DNA of 64,000 nucleotides from Candidatus Poribacteria bacterium (GCA_965261435.1 CBDHDL010000021.1:142872-206871); one strand, 5' to 3'; shown: positions 17,884 through 28,538, counted from the first letter of the stretch. Made by a program: numbers and translations. Notes: generated from the sequence alone by a model not told the origin.

Positions 17884-20532
17884 CTATGCCTTATCTTCAA
17901 TGGAAGCCTGTGCTGCTGCAAGACGCGCTATAGGTACACGGAACGGTGAACAGGATACATAATCAAAACCTAATCCATAACAGAACTTGACTGAATGCGG
18001 TTCTCCTCCATGCTCTCCACAGATTCCTACTTTTAAATCTGGTCGTTCAGATCGCCCTTTTTCACATCCAATTTCCAATAGTCTCCCAACACCTTCTTGG
18101 TCAAGCACTTGGAATGGATCGTATTCAAGGATTCCATCCTTGACATAGTCGTCAAGGAATTTTGCTGCATCATCACGACTCATACCAAATGTTGTTTGTG
18201 TCAAGTCGTTTGTCCCATAAGAGAAGAATTCTGCTTCTGCTGCGATTTTGTCTGCAGTTAGTGCAGCACGCGGGAGTTCAATCATTGTCCCTACGAGATA
18301 CTCAACACGAGTCCCTGTTTCCTTGAATACTTCTTCTCCTGTATCAACTACTACTTTCCGCTGCAATGAGAATTCGTTGATATGTCCGACAAGCGGGATC
18401 ATTATCTCAGGCAAAACTTTGATTCCGCGTTTAGCGACATCAACAGCGGCTTCAAAGATAGCACGCGCCTGCATCTCAGTTATTTCTGGATACACAATGC
18501 CCAATCGACATCCTCTATGTCCGAGCATAGGATTGAATTCGTGTAGTTCTTCAATCCGTTCACGAAGTTTCTGTGCATCAACATTGATTCTCTCTGAGAG
18601 ATCAAGGATTTCAGATTCATTCTTTGGTAAGAATTCATGCAATGGTGGATCAAGTGTGCGGATAGTTACTGGATATCCTTCCATCGCTTCAAAGATACCG
18701 ATAAAATCGGTTCTTTGGTGTGATAGTAATTTATTCAGTGCCTGTTTTCGTTCAAAAGTATCGTCTGCCAGTATCATTTCCCTGACAGCGTCAATTCCTG
18801 TTCCAAAGAACATATGTTCAGTGCGACAGAGTCCGATTCCTTCAGCCCCAAATTGTCTTGCATTTTTTGCATCTTCAGGTGTGTCAGCATTGGTTCGCAC
18901 GTTTAGTGTTCTTGCTTCGTCTGCCCATTCCATGAGCGTTCCAAATTGCCCACTCAGTTCGGGTTGAATCAATGACACTTGTCCTTTGAGAACATCCCCC
19001 GTAGAACCGTTTAGTGTAATAAAATCACCTTCTGCATATCTGTTTCCTCCTGCATAGAATTCCAATGCTTCTTCGTTTATAAAGACATCAGAACATCCAG
19101 CGACACAACATTTTCCCATCCCTCTTGCTACAACAGCGGCGTGACTTGTCATTCCACCTCGAGCGGTCAGAATACCTTCAGCTGCATCCATACCCCCAAT
19201 ATCTTCCGGTGATGTTTCTGAGCGAACTAGTATAACTTTCTCTCCTTTTGATGCCATTTCCTCTGCCCGAATAGCCGTAAAAACGACCTTACCAACAGCA
19301 GCACCTGGAGAAGCGGGTAATCCTTGTGCAATCACCTCGACAGAAGCATCAGGATCAACACTTGGATGTAACAATTGATCAAGATCGTTAGCGGGAACGC
19401 GTGTCAGAGCGGCTTCTTTCTCAATCAAACCTTCCTCAACCATCTCGACTGCTATTCTGACCGCTGCTTGACCTGTACGTTTTCCGTTTCTTGTCTGTAA
19501 CATATAGAGCGTACCGTCTTGAATTGTGAACTCTACATCTTGCATGTCACGGTAGTGCTTTTCAAGTCTCAAACCGATGTCAACTAATTCATTGTATACA
19601 TCTGGCAAAATGTTTCTCAATTCGGAGACTGGAAGGGGTGTGCGGATGCCAGCGACCACGTCTTCACCCTGCGCGTTAATGAGGAATTCACCGTAAAATT
19701 GGTTTGCGCCGGTCGAGGGGTTGCGTGTGAATGCAACTCCTGATCCAGAAGTTCCACCCATATTTCCGAATACCATTGCTTGGACATTAACAGCTGTGCG
19801 CCCGAGTTCTTCAGAAATATCGTTGAGACGGCGATAAGTAATCGCGCGTGGATTGCCTGAAGACTCAAAAACGGCATCCCGTGCCATATCTAACTGTTGA
19901 CGCGGGTTATCAGGAAAATCTCTTCCTGTGTGCTGTTTGACAGCATTCTTGAATTCATTGACAAGTGCGGCTAAATCGTCCGCTTCTAACTCAGTATCTA
20001 ATGTAACACCTTTAGTCTTTTTCTTTTCTTCAAGCAAATGCTCAAATTCATCGTGATCAACATCAAGTACAACGTTGCCGAACATCTGGACGAAGCGCCG
20101 GTATGAATCGTAAGCAAAACGTTCGTTTTCAGATTTAGTAATGAGTCCCTTCACGGCGTCATCATTTAAACCGAGGTTGAGAATAGTATCCATCATTCCC
20201 GGCATTGACACTGCAGCACCTGAGCGAACAGAAAGAAGAAGCGGGTTCTGAGTATCCCCGAATTTTGCGTCCAAGGCATTTTCTAATTTCTGTAAATTCT
20301 CTGTAATCTGTTGATCAAGACCACTGGGATATTTCTTTTCATTGTCATAGTAAAACTTACATACTTCAGTGGAGATAGTAAACCCTGGAGGCACAGGAAC
20401 GCCAAGATTTGTCATTTCAGCGAGATTTGCGCCTTTACCGCCAAGTAGTAATCGCATTGATGCGTCGCCTTCACCTTCACCTGCTCCAAAGAAGTAAACA
20501 TACTTCGGTAGTGTCATTAGATTTCTCCTCAA
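17884..20532 (-). CDS. ppdK: pyruvate, phosphate dikinase
   Basis: 882 aa. N-terminal VYFFGAGEGEGDASMRLLLGGKGANLAEM; PEP-utilising enzyme mobile domain GGMTSHAAVVARGMGKCCVAG; C-terminal TIM-barrel. Confidence 0.9.
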   Translation of the reverse strand: MRRNLMTLPKYVYFFGAGEGEGDASMRLLLGGKGANLAEMTNLGVPVPPGFTISTEVCKFYYDNEKKYPSGLDQQITENLQKLENALDAKFGDTQNPLLLSVRSGAAVSMPGMMDTILNLGLNDDAVKGLITKSENERFAYDSYRRFVQMFGNVVLDVDHDEFEHLLEEKKKTKGVTLDTELEADDLAALVNEFKNAVKQHTGRDFPDNPRQQLDMARDAVFESSGNPRAITYRRLNDISEELGRTAVNVQAMVFGNMGGTSGSGVAFTRNPSTGANQFYGEFLINAQGEDVVAGIRTPLPVSELRNILPDVYNELVDIGLRLEKHYRDMQDVEFTIQDGTLYMLQTRNGKRTGQAAVRIAVEMVEEGLIEKEAALTRVPANDLDQLLHPSVDPDASVEVIAQGLPASPGAAVGKVVFTAIRAEEMASKGEKVILVRSETSPEDIGGMDAAEGILTARGGMTSHAAVVARGMGKCCVAGCSDVFINEEALEFYAGGNRYAEGDFITLNGSTGDVLKGQVSLIQPELSGQFGTLMEWADEARTLNVRTNADTPEDAKNARQFGAEGIGLCRTEHMFFGTGIDAVREMILADDTFERKQALNKLLSHQRTDFIGIFEAMEGYPVTIRTLDPPLHEFLPKNESEILDLSERINVDAQKLRERIEELHEFNPMLGHRGCRLGIVYPEITEMQARAIFEAAVDVAKRGIKVLPEIMIPLVGHINEFSLQRKVVVDTGEEVFKETGTRVEYLVGTMIELPRAALTADKIAAEAEFFSYGTNDLTQTTFGMSRDDAAKFLDDYVKDGILEYDPFQVLDQEGVGRLLEIGCEKGRSERPDLKVGICGEHGGEPHSVKFCYGLGFDYVSCSPFRVPIARLAAAQASIEDKA

Positions 20533-20663
20533 TTGAGAGTTTGCAACAAAGATAGATATGCAATTATTGTGTCGTTTGTTCCATTAATGCTTCATCAAGA
20601 GCATCACGAAAATCATTTCATCCTTCTCCTAATAAAATTGTTTAGGCATCGGACAGTTTCCAA

Positions 20664-21023
20664 TTATCCTTGATTGTTAAACGCTGATATCCCGGGTGTT
20701 TTTCGGCTCTTCTGCAAATCCTCATATACAATTCGGGCGATATCGGGGCCAATCTTCTGGAGTTCTTCTTCCAATCCGGCCTCTTGAATAGGGACAGTAG
20801 CAACGAATGCGCCTTTATGTAGATCAATTGGGAAACCGTTTTCTTGTTCAACACCGTCGCGGGCATATCGAACCCGTGCCATGAAGAGCGGTCCATACTC
20901 TCCATCATAGTGGAGTTCTACCCGCAGCAATTCAATAGAATCAGGACCCGGCACGCGCCCAACGAGATCAAGGGTCTTAATTCTAAGGTCCATCTTATTA
21001 ACGTTGTCAACAATGTGTTTCAT
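20664..21023 (-). CDS. hypothetical protein (possible cognate partner of the upstream ART-like gene)
   Basis: 119-aa ORF 25 nt downstream of 21048..21638 on the same strand. No recognisable motifs. Confidence 0.3.
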   Translation of the reverse strand: MKHIVDNVNKMDLRIKTLDLVGRVPGPDSIELLRVELHYDGEYGPLFMARVRYARDGVEQENGFPIDLHKGAFVATVPIQEAGLEEELQKIGPDIARIVYEDLQKSRKTPGISAFNNQG

Positions 21024-21047
21024 GAGAGTATCTCCTCTTCATTCCGA

Positions 21048-21638
21048 TTATGACGGCTCAGGGTAAACATCAAAACTGTTTTTTACACAAGTTGCGGGAA
21101 TAATTCCGTGTGCAAGAATTTCTGCATCCCGCAATGCGCGCACAAGTGTCTCTAATTCGATTGTTAGGTTTGGCGAGCGTGGGGTGCCTTCACTTGAAGG
21201 TGGTTGCCTCGCGTGTTGTATTAGAAAATGTCCCATACGTCCGGGATCAACAATACCCAATAAGAAATCAGGCAACCCATCGTGTTGGTAGGGTGGTCCT
21301 GAATTTGTCGGAGACGGTAACATCTGTGCGACCTCCTTGACTGGATCCAGGAGATGCAATCCAAGTGGTAGCGGTTCGTGAATTTCAATTTCATGAACGT
21401 AGGCAGGATCCTCTGGGTTAGGCACCCTCTCGCTGCCTAACATTGCATAATGCCAAGCCACCGCGTAAGATCGCGTAAGAGAAATAAAAGGACTGTTCAC
21501 AGTGCTTCTGGCAATATGAAGCATCTGTCGAGTTATAGTAGGTGCCATTCCGGGGGACCTTGCAATAAATCCTTGTTCTATTGGATCGTTGAGATACCAA
21601 TATGTGTTAACACCTGCCCCACGATAGAATATCGCCAT
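21048..21638 (-). CDS. hypothetical protein with ADP-ribosyltransferase-like R / S-x-T-x-S / E-x-E motif arrangement (candidate toxin)
   Basis: MAIFYRGAG (aromatic-Arg); ISLTRS about 50 aa later; HEIEIHE (E-x-E) about 30 aa after that. The order and spacing resemble R-S-E class ARTs. This is pattern-based only. Confidence 0.3.
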   Translation of the reverse strand: MAIFYRGAGVNTYWYLNDPIEQGFIARSPGMAPTITRQMLHIARSTVNSPFISLTRSYAVAWHYAMLGSERVPNPEDPAYVHEIEIHEPLPLGLHLLDPVKEVAQMLPSPTNSGPPYQHDGLPDFLLGIVDPGRMGHFLIQHARQPPSSEGTPRSPNLTIELETLVRALRDAEILAHGIIPATCVKNSFDVYPEPS

Positions 21639-21922
21639 AAGTTCCTTTTAATCCTTCTCCTTTTCTCAAATGTGGATATGCCTTAAGTATATCTCTTGTT
21701 GGATAAAAGGTCAAGTGAAAACTCAACCGAGTATCAAGTCGTTCCAATCGGAAAATTGCTCTTGTTTCGGTGAGCAGTAATTTGATAAGGTCGTGGTCAA
21801 GTTGCCATGCGTGGTTTTGACTGCGGCGGTGAGGAGTTCGCCTGATTCGTCAGTAAATTCGGAATGGATTTTGAGGAGTGCGATCAGTTTTTCGTTGAAG
21901 TTTTGTTTTGACATAGAGATTA

Positions 21923-22222
21923 TTAACCATTACCGATCCATTTTAACGCCATACTAACTGAGAATATAATACCTCCTGTTAGGATTGCACCTAAAAACAA
22001 TTGAATCACTGCCATTTTGCCATTAAGTCCTGATATGCTTGTTTCAAGATCAGATATATTTTTTGACAGTTCTTTATGCTCTTTCCTGTTTTCTTCATCC
22101 ATTTTCTTCACATCAGTCTTTAATTCGTTCACATCAGTCTTTAATCCGTTCACATCAGCCTTTAATCCGTTTATATTATCTTCAAGTCTTTTCAGAATTT
22201 CAGTATTGAGTTCATTTGCCAT
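21923..22222 (-). CDS. XhlA-like coiled-coil protein with C-terminal transmembrane helix
   Basis: 99 aa. Tandem heptads LKADVNGLKTDVNELKTDV, then hydrophobic LFLGAILTGGIIFSVSMAL. Confidence 0.35.
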   Translation of the reverse strand: MANELNTEILKRLEDNINGLKADVNGLKTDVNELKTDVKKMDEENRKEHKELSKNISDLETSISGLNGKMAVIQLFLGAILTGGIIFSVSMALKWIGNG

Positions 22223-22403
22223 TGTTTCTCTCCTCGTATTATTTTAGGTCATGCAGAACTTGCGATACTCAACAAGATTAGTGTTCCAGTAACTACATGT
22301 CAGGTTTTTCGGAGGCTCTATCAACCTACAAACTTTGACATATTTAGCCCTTCTATATAGAATTCTATCCATTAGGTTCTTCATCATCTTCGGGTGTTTT
22401 GGG

Positions 22404-22790
22404 TTATATCTCTGGTTCCTCCGGAATCTCAAAATCAGGAACCTGTCCGTTTATTCTGCTTCTGATGACTGATACTACTTCTTTAAGTGAAGCTCGTGTT
22501 CGCCACCAACTTAACATAAGGTAACCGCCAAACATCGGACCTATTACGGTGATAATTGTAAATATTGTTTTTGCAAAATCCCATTTAAAATCTGCTGTTG
22601 CTAAAGCAGCTATACATGTCAACGCAATAGAAAATAGAAAGATCGCAAAATTGAATTGCAGCGTTCCTGCTGCTCCCTTTTCCAATAACTCTAATTCGTG
22701 CTCTTTGACTTCATATAAATCAACGGAGGCAACTCTTCCTCGTCTTACGGGAAGTTTATCTACATTTTGGGCAGAGTCGGGATTAGCCAT
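22404..22790 (-). CDS. hypothetical membrane protein (2 TM helices)
   Basis: FNFAIFLFSIALTCIAALATA and IFTIITVIGPMFGGYLMLSWW are hydrophobic segments. Translationally coupled to 22792..23061. Confidence 0.4.
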   Translation of the reverse strand: MANPDSAQNVDKLPVRRGRVASVDLYEVKEHELELLEKGAAGTLQFNFAIFLFSIALTCIAALATADFKWDFAKTIFTIITVIGPMFGGYLMLSWWRTRASLKEVVSVIRSRINGQVPDFEIPEEPEI

Positions 22791-22791
22791 T

Positions 22792-23061
22792 TTACAATCT
22801 TTCCTTTAGCCATTCATCATGTTTCGTTCCATAACTATTTATCCACGCAGAATATGTTCCAGAACGAATGACAAAAATTCTATCAGATTCAGAAACAGTA
22901 CTACCCAAGGAATCTCTGATTTGAACTGGAGTTTGATCAGAGACGATAGCCCAACAATTATCATGAATAGGGCAAAAAGTACCGTATGTTTTGAGTTTCT
23001 CTTTAAGAGCACTCTTTTTCAAATCATCAGCGACTTCAAAAGTAACAATATAAGTTGTCAT
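22792..23061 (-). CDS. hypothetical protein
   Basis: 89-aa ORF whose stop abuts the start of 22404..22790. No motif recognised. Confidence 0.3.
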   Translation of the reverse strand: MTTYIVTFEVADDLKKSALKEKLKTYGTFCPIHDNCWAIVSDQTPVQIRDSLGSTVSESDRIFVIRSGTYSAWINSYGTKHDEWLKERL

Positions 23062-23192
23062 TGTATTTTCCTGAATTCCGAATATTGAATCTCACACTTG
23101 GTCATAAATATATTAAGTTTATCATACCTCAGGGAAATGGTCAAAGGAAATGTGGAAAGAACCTACAAATTTGGCTTTAGGGTTTGCGTAGC

Positions 23193-23825
23193 TTACTCAG
23201 GAAATGTGACGCGATCATAAATTTCATGCAAGGGGAGTTCACATTCAACTGAAATAAGTGGTAGACGTTCTTCAATGTTTTGAAAATCGGTGAGAATCCA
23301 ATTGTTCTCTTGGCGACTGAAACGTTCAACGCAAATTTTGTCTTGGGCAACGAGGATATATTCCTGTAAAGATGACAGCTGTCGGTAGTGTCTAAATTTT
23401 TCGCCGCGATCATACACCTCGGTTGAAGGAGACAAAACTTCTACAAGAATAATTGGATTGAGAAGTATATCAAAGACGTCATCTTCAAAACGCGGTTCTT
23501 CACAGACGACAACGACATCAGGATAGAAATAGGATAAAGTGCTGGGTGTGCTAACCCGCATTTCGTTTGCATAGGTTTCGCATTCACTGCCTTTCAGGAG
23601 ATTGCGAAGTTCACCAGATATATTACTGGTAATAAGATTATGTGCTCGACTTGCCCCAGACATTGCGATTATTTTCCCATTAACGTACTCACTTCTAACT
23701 GTTTCTGCGTCAGGTATTGCTTTACGTTCTAAAGTGATGTATTCTTCGGGTGTAAGGTATGTTTGTGCTGCAGGAGTTGCCATAAACTCCTCCGGTAATT
23801 CATTAACTTGTGCTGAGGCAAGCAT
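23193..23825 (-). CDS. Uma2 family (DUF820) putative endonuclease
   Basis: EYVNGKIIAMSGAS; YPDVVVVCEEP; NPIILVEVLSPST are classic Uma2 motifs. Confidence 0.7.
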   Translation of the reverse strand: MLASAQVNELPEEFMATPAAQTYLTPEEYITLERKAIPDAETVRSEYVNGKIIAMSGASRAHNLITSNISGELRNLLKGSECETYANEMRVSTPSTLSYFYPDVVVVCEEPRFEDDVFDILLNPIILVEVLSPSTEVYDRGEKFRHYRQLSSLQEYILVAQDKICVERFSRQENNWILTDFQNIEERLPLISVECELPLHEIYDRVTFPE

Positions 23826-23862
23826 AATGACTTATATTTATTGTTATTCGGATGTTTTAGGA

Positions 23863-25224
23863 TTAGATTGAATATATCATTCTACTTGCTTCTTCAAATT
23901 CTGGTTTGAGGGGATCAGTTGAGAGATACAACTTTTGATAAGGTTCATATAGCTGGATGTAACTCCAGTTTACTCCACATAGGACTTTTCCATTATTGAC
24001 GAGTTTAATAAACCTTCCACGAAACTTCGCGCGTGTGTTTTCAGGTGGTGAATGCATCGCCTTCCGTATCTGTGAATCGTCTAATATCCTTTCTATCAGA
24101 CCACGTTTTTCTGCTTTATAGAATATGCTATTTTCTTGTCGAATATTGTGGTATTCCAGGTCCAACCTTTTCACCTCTGCCGAATCCCAGTTTAGTGAAC
24201 GGTGTTTAACATAGGTCTCAATACACTTTCGCTTGATGACCCAATCAAGTTCACGGTCTAATAGCATTGGGTCTTGTTCCAAGCGTTTCATAACATATTC
24301 CCATCGTGTCATCACCTCATCAGTTGTGGGGTCGGACTCGACCTGTTCAAGATACCTTTTTGCACATTCAAAGTATCGCCACTGAAGTTCAATAGCAGAA
24401 AGTCGTTTTCCGTTGTCTAATTCAATTAGTCTTTTGCAAGTAATGTCATCTGAAATCTCATGTATAGCTTGTACAGAATTCCGTAGTGCGAAGTGTTCGT
24501 TGATAAAGTGGTCTTCAATCATCCGAAGGATAATTCCAGTAGTCCCAACTTTCAAGAAAGTTGCGTATTCGGACATATTAGAATCTCCGACGATGACATG
24601 TAGTCGTCTATATTTTTCTCTATCAGCGTGTGGTTCATCACGTGTATTAATTATGCCGCGTGCGGTGGTAGTAGCGATTGATATTTCTTCTCTGATATGT
24701 TGTGCGCGTTGTGAGATTTCGTAGAAACCTTGATCACTTCGTTTGACTTTTCCCGCGCCAGTGTAAATTTGTCGGGTGACAAAAAAAGGAATGAGTTGTG
24801 AAGCGAGTTGCCTAAAACTAACCTTTTCACGTTCCATCAGATAGTTTTCATGACAACCGTAAGTATTTCCGACTGTATCTAAGTTGTTCTTAAAGATAGA
24901 GATTTTACCTCTAAAACCGTCCGCCTTCATGCGTCGTTCTGCAGTCGTCGCGAGTCGTGTAACGATGCGTTCTCCTGCTTTATCGTGTGCTACCAAATCA
25001 ATGACATCATCACATTCAGGTGTAGCATATTCAGGGTGACACCCGATATCTTGGTAGAATCTTGCCCCGTTTTCTAAAAACACGTCTGGATACATGCGTC
25101 CAGAGATTATTTCACGGAACAGATACATCACCACATTCTGAACGGTAAGTTTTTTCCCTCTATGCTTCTCTGGTGTACAAATAATACCGTATTCAGTTTC
25201 CAAGCCATAAATTCTACGATGCAT
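23863..25224 (-). CDS. pafA: Pup--protein ligase PafA
   Basis: N-terminal IYGLETEYGI. Carboxylate-amine ligase fold shared with the Dop paralog at 27057..28538. It is the shorter of the two (453 aa) and sits distal to pup, as in actinobacterial loci. Confidence 0.8.
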   Translation of the reverse strand: MHRRIYGLETEYGIICTPEKHRGKKLTVQNVVMYLFREIISGRMYPDVFLENGARFYQDIGCHPEYATPECDDVIDLVAHDKAGERIVTRLATTAERRMKADGFRGKISIFKNNLDTVGNTYGCHENYLMEREKVSFRQLASQLIPFFVTRQIYTGAGKVKRSDQGFYEISQRAQHIREEISIATTTARGIINTRDEPHADREKYRRLHVIVGDSNMSEYATFLKVGTTGIILRMIEDHFINEHFALRNSVQAIHEISDDITCKRLIELDNGKRLSAIELQWRYFECAKRYLEQVESDPTTDEVMTRWEYVMKRLEQDPMLLDRELDWVIKRKCIETYVKHRSLNWDSAEVKRLDLEYHNIRQENSIFYKAEKRGLIERILDDSQIRKAMHSPPENTRAKFRGRFIKLVNNGKVLCGVNWSYIQLYEPYQKLYLSTDPLKPEFEEASRMIYSI

Positions 25225-25924
25225 GGTTCAATATCTCAGTTATATCTTCTATAGAAAACCTGCGAAACTTCCGTCTGCCAGCAGTAGCATCCAAGCACGC
25301 AACTTCTATGGTTTGTGGCGTAATCTCATACGGTTCTGACTCTTCAGATTCAATTTTTTCAAAGGTTTGAGATGCAAGTTGTATTGCATCCGTTAAGTCT
25401 AAACCATCGGCATAGTTTTCTTGTAGAATCTCGACAATTGCCTCTGCTCTTCCACCGATAACAGCGTAATTATCCACTTCACGATATGTTCCATCAAAAT
25501 CGATGTAGTATATCTGGTGTCCTATTGATGCGTCTCCATCTACTTCACAGACGAGCAATTCAATTTCCAGTGGTTTTGCATCCCAAGCCTGTGAAATTGT
25601 CCCCATGTGCTGTGAATATATATTAGTCAACCACTTAGCAGTAACATCCTCTCTAAAGTAGGTGTAGCCTTTCACCTCTGCTTCACGGATTCCTGCGACA
25701 CGCAATGCCTCATACTCAGCAATTCGTCCTGTAGATGCAAGTGCGATTTTGTCGTATATTTCAGATATCTTATAGGTTGTTCTGCGTGGGTTCTCAGCCA
25801 CCATTAAGAGACCATTTTCATAAGCTAAGACAACGACCTCTTTTGCTTGCTCTATACCTCGACGGACAAAGTCTCTTTTATCTTCCCAAATCTGCTCAGG
25901 AGAAACATAATAGGGTGTTGACAT
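25214..25924 (-). CDS. prcA: 20S proteasome alpha subunit
   Basis: 236 aa with no propeptide. Immediately downstream of prcB. Family-like N-terminal region YVSPEQIWEDKRDFVRRGI. Confidence 0.8.
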   Translation of the reverse strand: MSTPYYVSPEQIWEDKRDFVRRGIEQAKEVVVLAYENGLLMVAENPRRTTYKISEIYDKIALASTGRIAEYEALRVAGIREAEVKGYTYFREDVTAKWLTNIYSQHMGTISQAWDAKPLEIELLVCEVDGDASIGHQIYYIDFDGTYREVDNYAVIGGRAEAIVEILQENYADGLDLTDAIQLASQTFEKIESEESEPYEITPQTIEVACLDATAGRRKFRRFSIEDITEILNHAS

Positions 25925-25968
25925 TAATACTCCATGAAAGTTCTACCGTTAACCTGTAACTATCAAAT

Positions 25969-26760
25969 CTAAGGTTGTTTTAATCGGGAAATTAACTCCC
26001 GGAACAATTCTGCAACGGTGTCAACTGGAATCTCAGATACACCTTCTTTTGTAATTGTTGTTAAGGATGGAAAGATATTTCTGATTAGGTCTGGACCGCC
26101 CGTTGCAATATCTTCATCAGCGGCATCCCAAAGTGCTTCAGCTACAGCTTCCAATGCGGATTCTTTTGACATCTCAGGTTGAAACGTCTTCTTAAGCGTT
26201 GAGCGTGCATCTTTCCCACCCGAACCGATAGCATAATAGGTGTCTTCTTCGTAACGTCCACCTAAAGCATCGTATTTAAAGATGCGACCTTTCTCAAGTC
26301 GGCGATCATATCCTGCAAAAATCGGTAAGACAATCAATCCTTGCATTGCTAAAGTTAGGTTTGATCTCACAAGTGTAGACAGATAATTGGCTTGTCCATC
26401 CAAGCTTAAGGACATACCTTCAATCTTTTCATAATATTCCACCTGAACTTGAAAAAGTTTAGCAGTTTCAATACAGGGTCCCGCTACCCCAGCGACTGCT
26501 ATTGCAGAATGTTGATCGATTTTATACACTTTCTGAATTCGTCGTTCCCCAACTTGATAACCTTCTGTAGCTTGACGGTCCCCTGCGATTATAACACCGT
26601 CGTTGTAGACAAGCGCGAGCACAGTGGTACCTTCCAATATATTGTTAGGTAGATTATCATTTATGTCGTTCAGCCGGTTCCAATCACCGACCTGATCGGG
26701 GTGTCGATCTTTTAATACTTGTAAAAAATCTGTCATTCCATATTCATGGAGTTTGAGCAA
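25969..26760 (-). CDS. prcB: 20S proteasome beta subunit (with propeptide)
   Basis: Propeptide followed by the catalytic N-terminal Thr context EG-TTVLALVYNDGVIIAGDRQ. Confidence 0.85.
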   Translation of the reverse strand: MLKLHEYGMTDFLQVLKDRHPDQVGDWNRLNDINDNLPNNILEGTTVLALVYNDGVIIAGDRQATEGYQVGERRIQKVYKIDQHSAIAVAGVAGPCIETAKLFQVQVEYYEKIEGMSLSLDGQANYLSTLVRSNLTLAMQGLIVLPIFAGYDRRLEKGRIFKYDALGGRYEEDTYYAIGSGGKDARSTLKKTFQPEMSKESALEAVAEALWDAADEDIATGGPDLIRNIFPSLTTITKEGVSEIPVDTVAELFRELISRLKQP

Positions 26761-26762
26761 TC

Positions 26763-26960
26763 CTACTGTCCTCCCCGCTGTATATAGTTTTCGACGAATT
26801 CCTCAGAATCTTCTTCTAAAATCTCATCGATTTCGTCAAGTAGTGCATCTAAGTCTTCGGTTAATTCGTCAACATTATCATTGAGTTCGGGATTAGGATA
26901 AATCTCCTCATTTTCTTTGATGGAGTTATCTTTGTATTCTTGCTGTTTTTCGCTTGGCAT
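26763..26960 (-). CDS. pup: prokaryotic ubiquitin-like protein Pup
   Basis: 65-aa acidic protein ending in ...FVENYIQRGGQ, the Pup C-terminal GGQ. It sits between dop and prcB, and its stop is 3 nt from the prcB start. Confidence 0.8.
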   Translation of the reverse strand: MPSEKQQEYKDNSIKENEEIYPNPELNDNVDELTEDLDALLDEIDEILEEDSEEFVENYIQRGGQ

Positions 26961-27056
26961 GTCGTGCTCCTTATTAGAATTACAGTTACGAAAACCTGTA
27001 TACCGATGTTATCTTACTTTGACAAGAGGGTTAAACATCTTTCAACAAGATTATTT

Positions 27057-28538
27057 TCAGTCATCACGAAGTTGGTTCACGAGTTCATCAACTGTACATG
27101 TACTAAGTAATTCACCGATTATTCTCTGTGTGCCGAAGTGAGGACGTTCCATCATAATTTTGTCAAAACCTGTAGGGCCGTTGAAAATAATAGAATTCCA
27201 ACTCACACTATGAATGTCATTTGGAAATTTACGTAGACAAGTACCTCTAAAATAGGCTCGTGTATCTAAAGGTGGATGCTGTATGGCATGGACAATTTCC
27301 TCATGAGATAATATACGTTCTACATGTCCATTTTTGAGCAGTCTTAGGTAAAGTCCTTTATCTGGACGCAAGTCATGATACTGTAGATCAAGCATTCGGA
27401 CGCGTGGGTCTGTCCATTCAAAACCGTGCCGTTCGATATACGCATCAATAAGTCTTTTCTTGATAATCCAATCTAAATATTTTCCTAAAGCCATCGGATC
27501 CGTTTGTAAATTCCCTAATACGAAATCCCATTTCTTCAAGAGATCATCTACAATAGGTGTTCTTTCTTCTCCGGATAAGTGTTTATGGGCGAGTTCAAGG
27601 TATTCACGTTGAATATTTATTGCTGTCAATTTGCGTCCATCTTTAAGTTCTAACTCATGTGTGCACTTTAAATCCCGCGAAACTGTTTTAATCGCTTTGA
27701 CTGGATCTTCTAAAGCAAATTTGTTACCGATGACACCTTTCTCAATCAATTGTAAGACAATTGCCGTGATTCCTACTTTCAAGTATATCGTAAATTCTGA
27801 CATGTTGGAATCTCCAACTATGACATGTAATCTCCGATAAAGTCTGGAATCCGCGTGGGGTTCATCTCGTGTATTTATCAATGGTCGTTCGACCATTGTG
27901 CTTAGACCGACTTCTTTCTCAAAGAAATCTGCACGTTGTGAAATCTGATAATCGGCATCGTCGGCTCCGTTTTCAGCACCGACCTTCCCACTGCCAGTTA
28001 TTATCTGTCGTGTTACTATAAAGGGTGTAAATCCATCAACAATATCCGTGAATTCCACCTTCCGCGACATCAAATAGTTTTCATGCGATCCGTAACTATG
28101 TCCTTTATAGTCTGTATTATTCTTATATATTATGATTTCTTGATTATCCAATAATAACTGTTCTGCTGCGAGTCTGCTAAGGTCTAAAATTAGCTCTCCT
28201 GCTTTTTCATATTTGACGAGATCGCGTGCATTTGAACATTCAGGCGTACAATATTCAGGATGTGCATGGTCAACGTAATATCGTCCGCCGTTTATTAATA
28301 TATCATTGATAACACTGTAGGTATCTTCCTCAACCACCGGTTTCTGACTAACATCAATGAAACCTCGTGCATCCATCAAAGGACTTTCTTGTGCATAATC
28401 CCACGATATACTGGGAATATTACGGCTTTTATATGCATTAACAACTAATGTTGATGCTGCAATTGGATCTTGTTCTCTTGCGTTTTTAACAGAAATACCA
28501 AATTCTGTTTCTGTTCCAATTATCGTTGGTGTTGACAT
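27057..28538 (-). CDS. dop: Pup deamidase/depupylase Dop
   Basis: N-terminal IIGTETEFGIS. 493 aa, longer than the PafA paralog, consistent with the Dop-loop insertion. Located between arc and pup. Confidence 0.8.
   Translation of the reverse strand: MSTPTIIGTETEFGISVKNAREQDPIAASTLVVNAYKSRNIPSISWDYAQESPLMDARGFIDVSQKPVVEEDTYSVINDILINGGRYYVDHAHPEYCTPECSNARDLVKYEKAGELILDLSRLAAEQLLLDNQEIIIYKNNTDYKGHSYGSHENYLMSRKVEFTDIVDGFTPFIVTRQIITGSGKVGAENGADDADYQISQRADFFEKEVGLSTMVERPLINTRDEPHADSRLYRRLHVIVGDSNMSEFTIYLKVGITAIVLQLIEKGVIGNKFALEDPVKAIKTVSRDLKCTHELELKDGRKLTAINIQREYLELAHKHLSGEERTPIVDDLLKKWDFVLGNLQTDPMALGKYLDWIIKKRLIDAYIERHGFEWTDPRVRMLDLQYHDLRPDKGLYLRLLKNGHVERILSHEEIVHAIQHPPLDTRAYFRGTCLRKFPNDIHSVSWNSIIFNGPTGFDKIMMERPHFGTQRIIGELLSTCTVDELVNQLRDD

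Noticed and set aside
18248-18967. 239-aa plus-strand ORF inside ppdK
   Set aside because: It is antisense to a well-supported 882-aa PPDK gene. Its composition is Ser/Cys/Arg-rich, typical of a shadow ORF.
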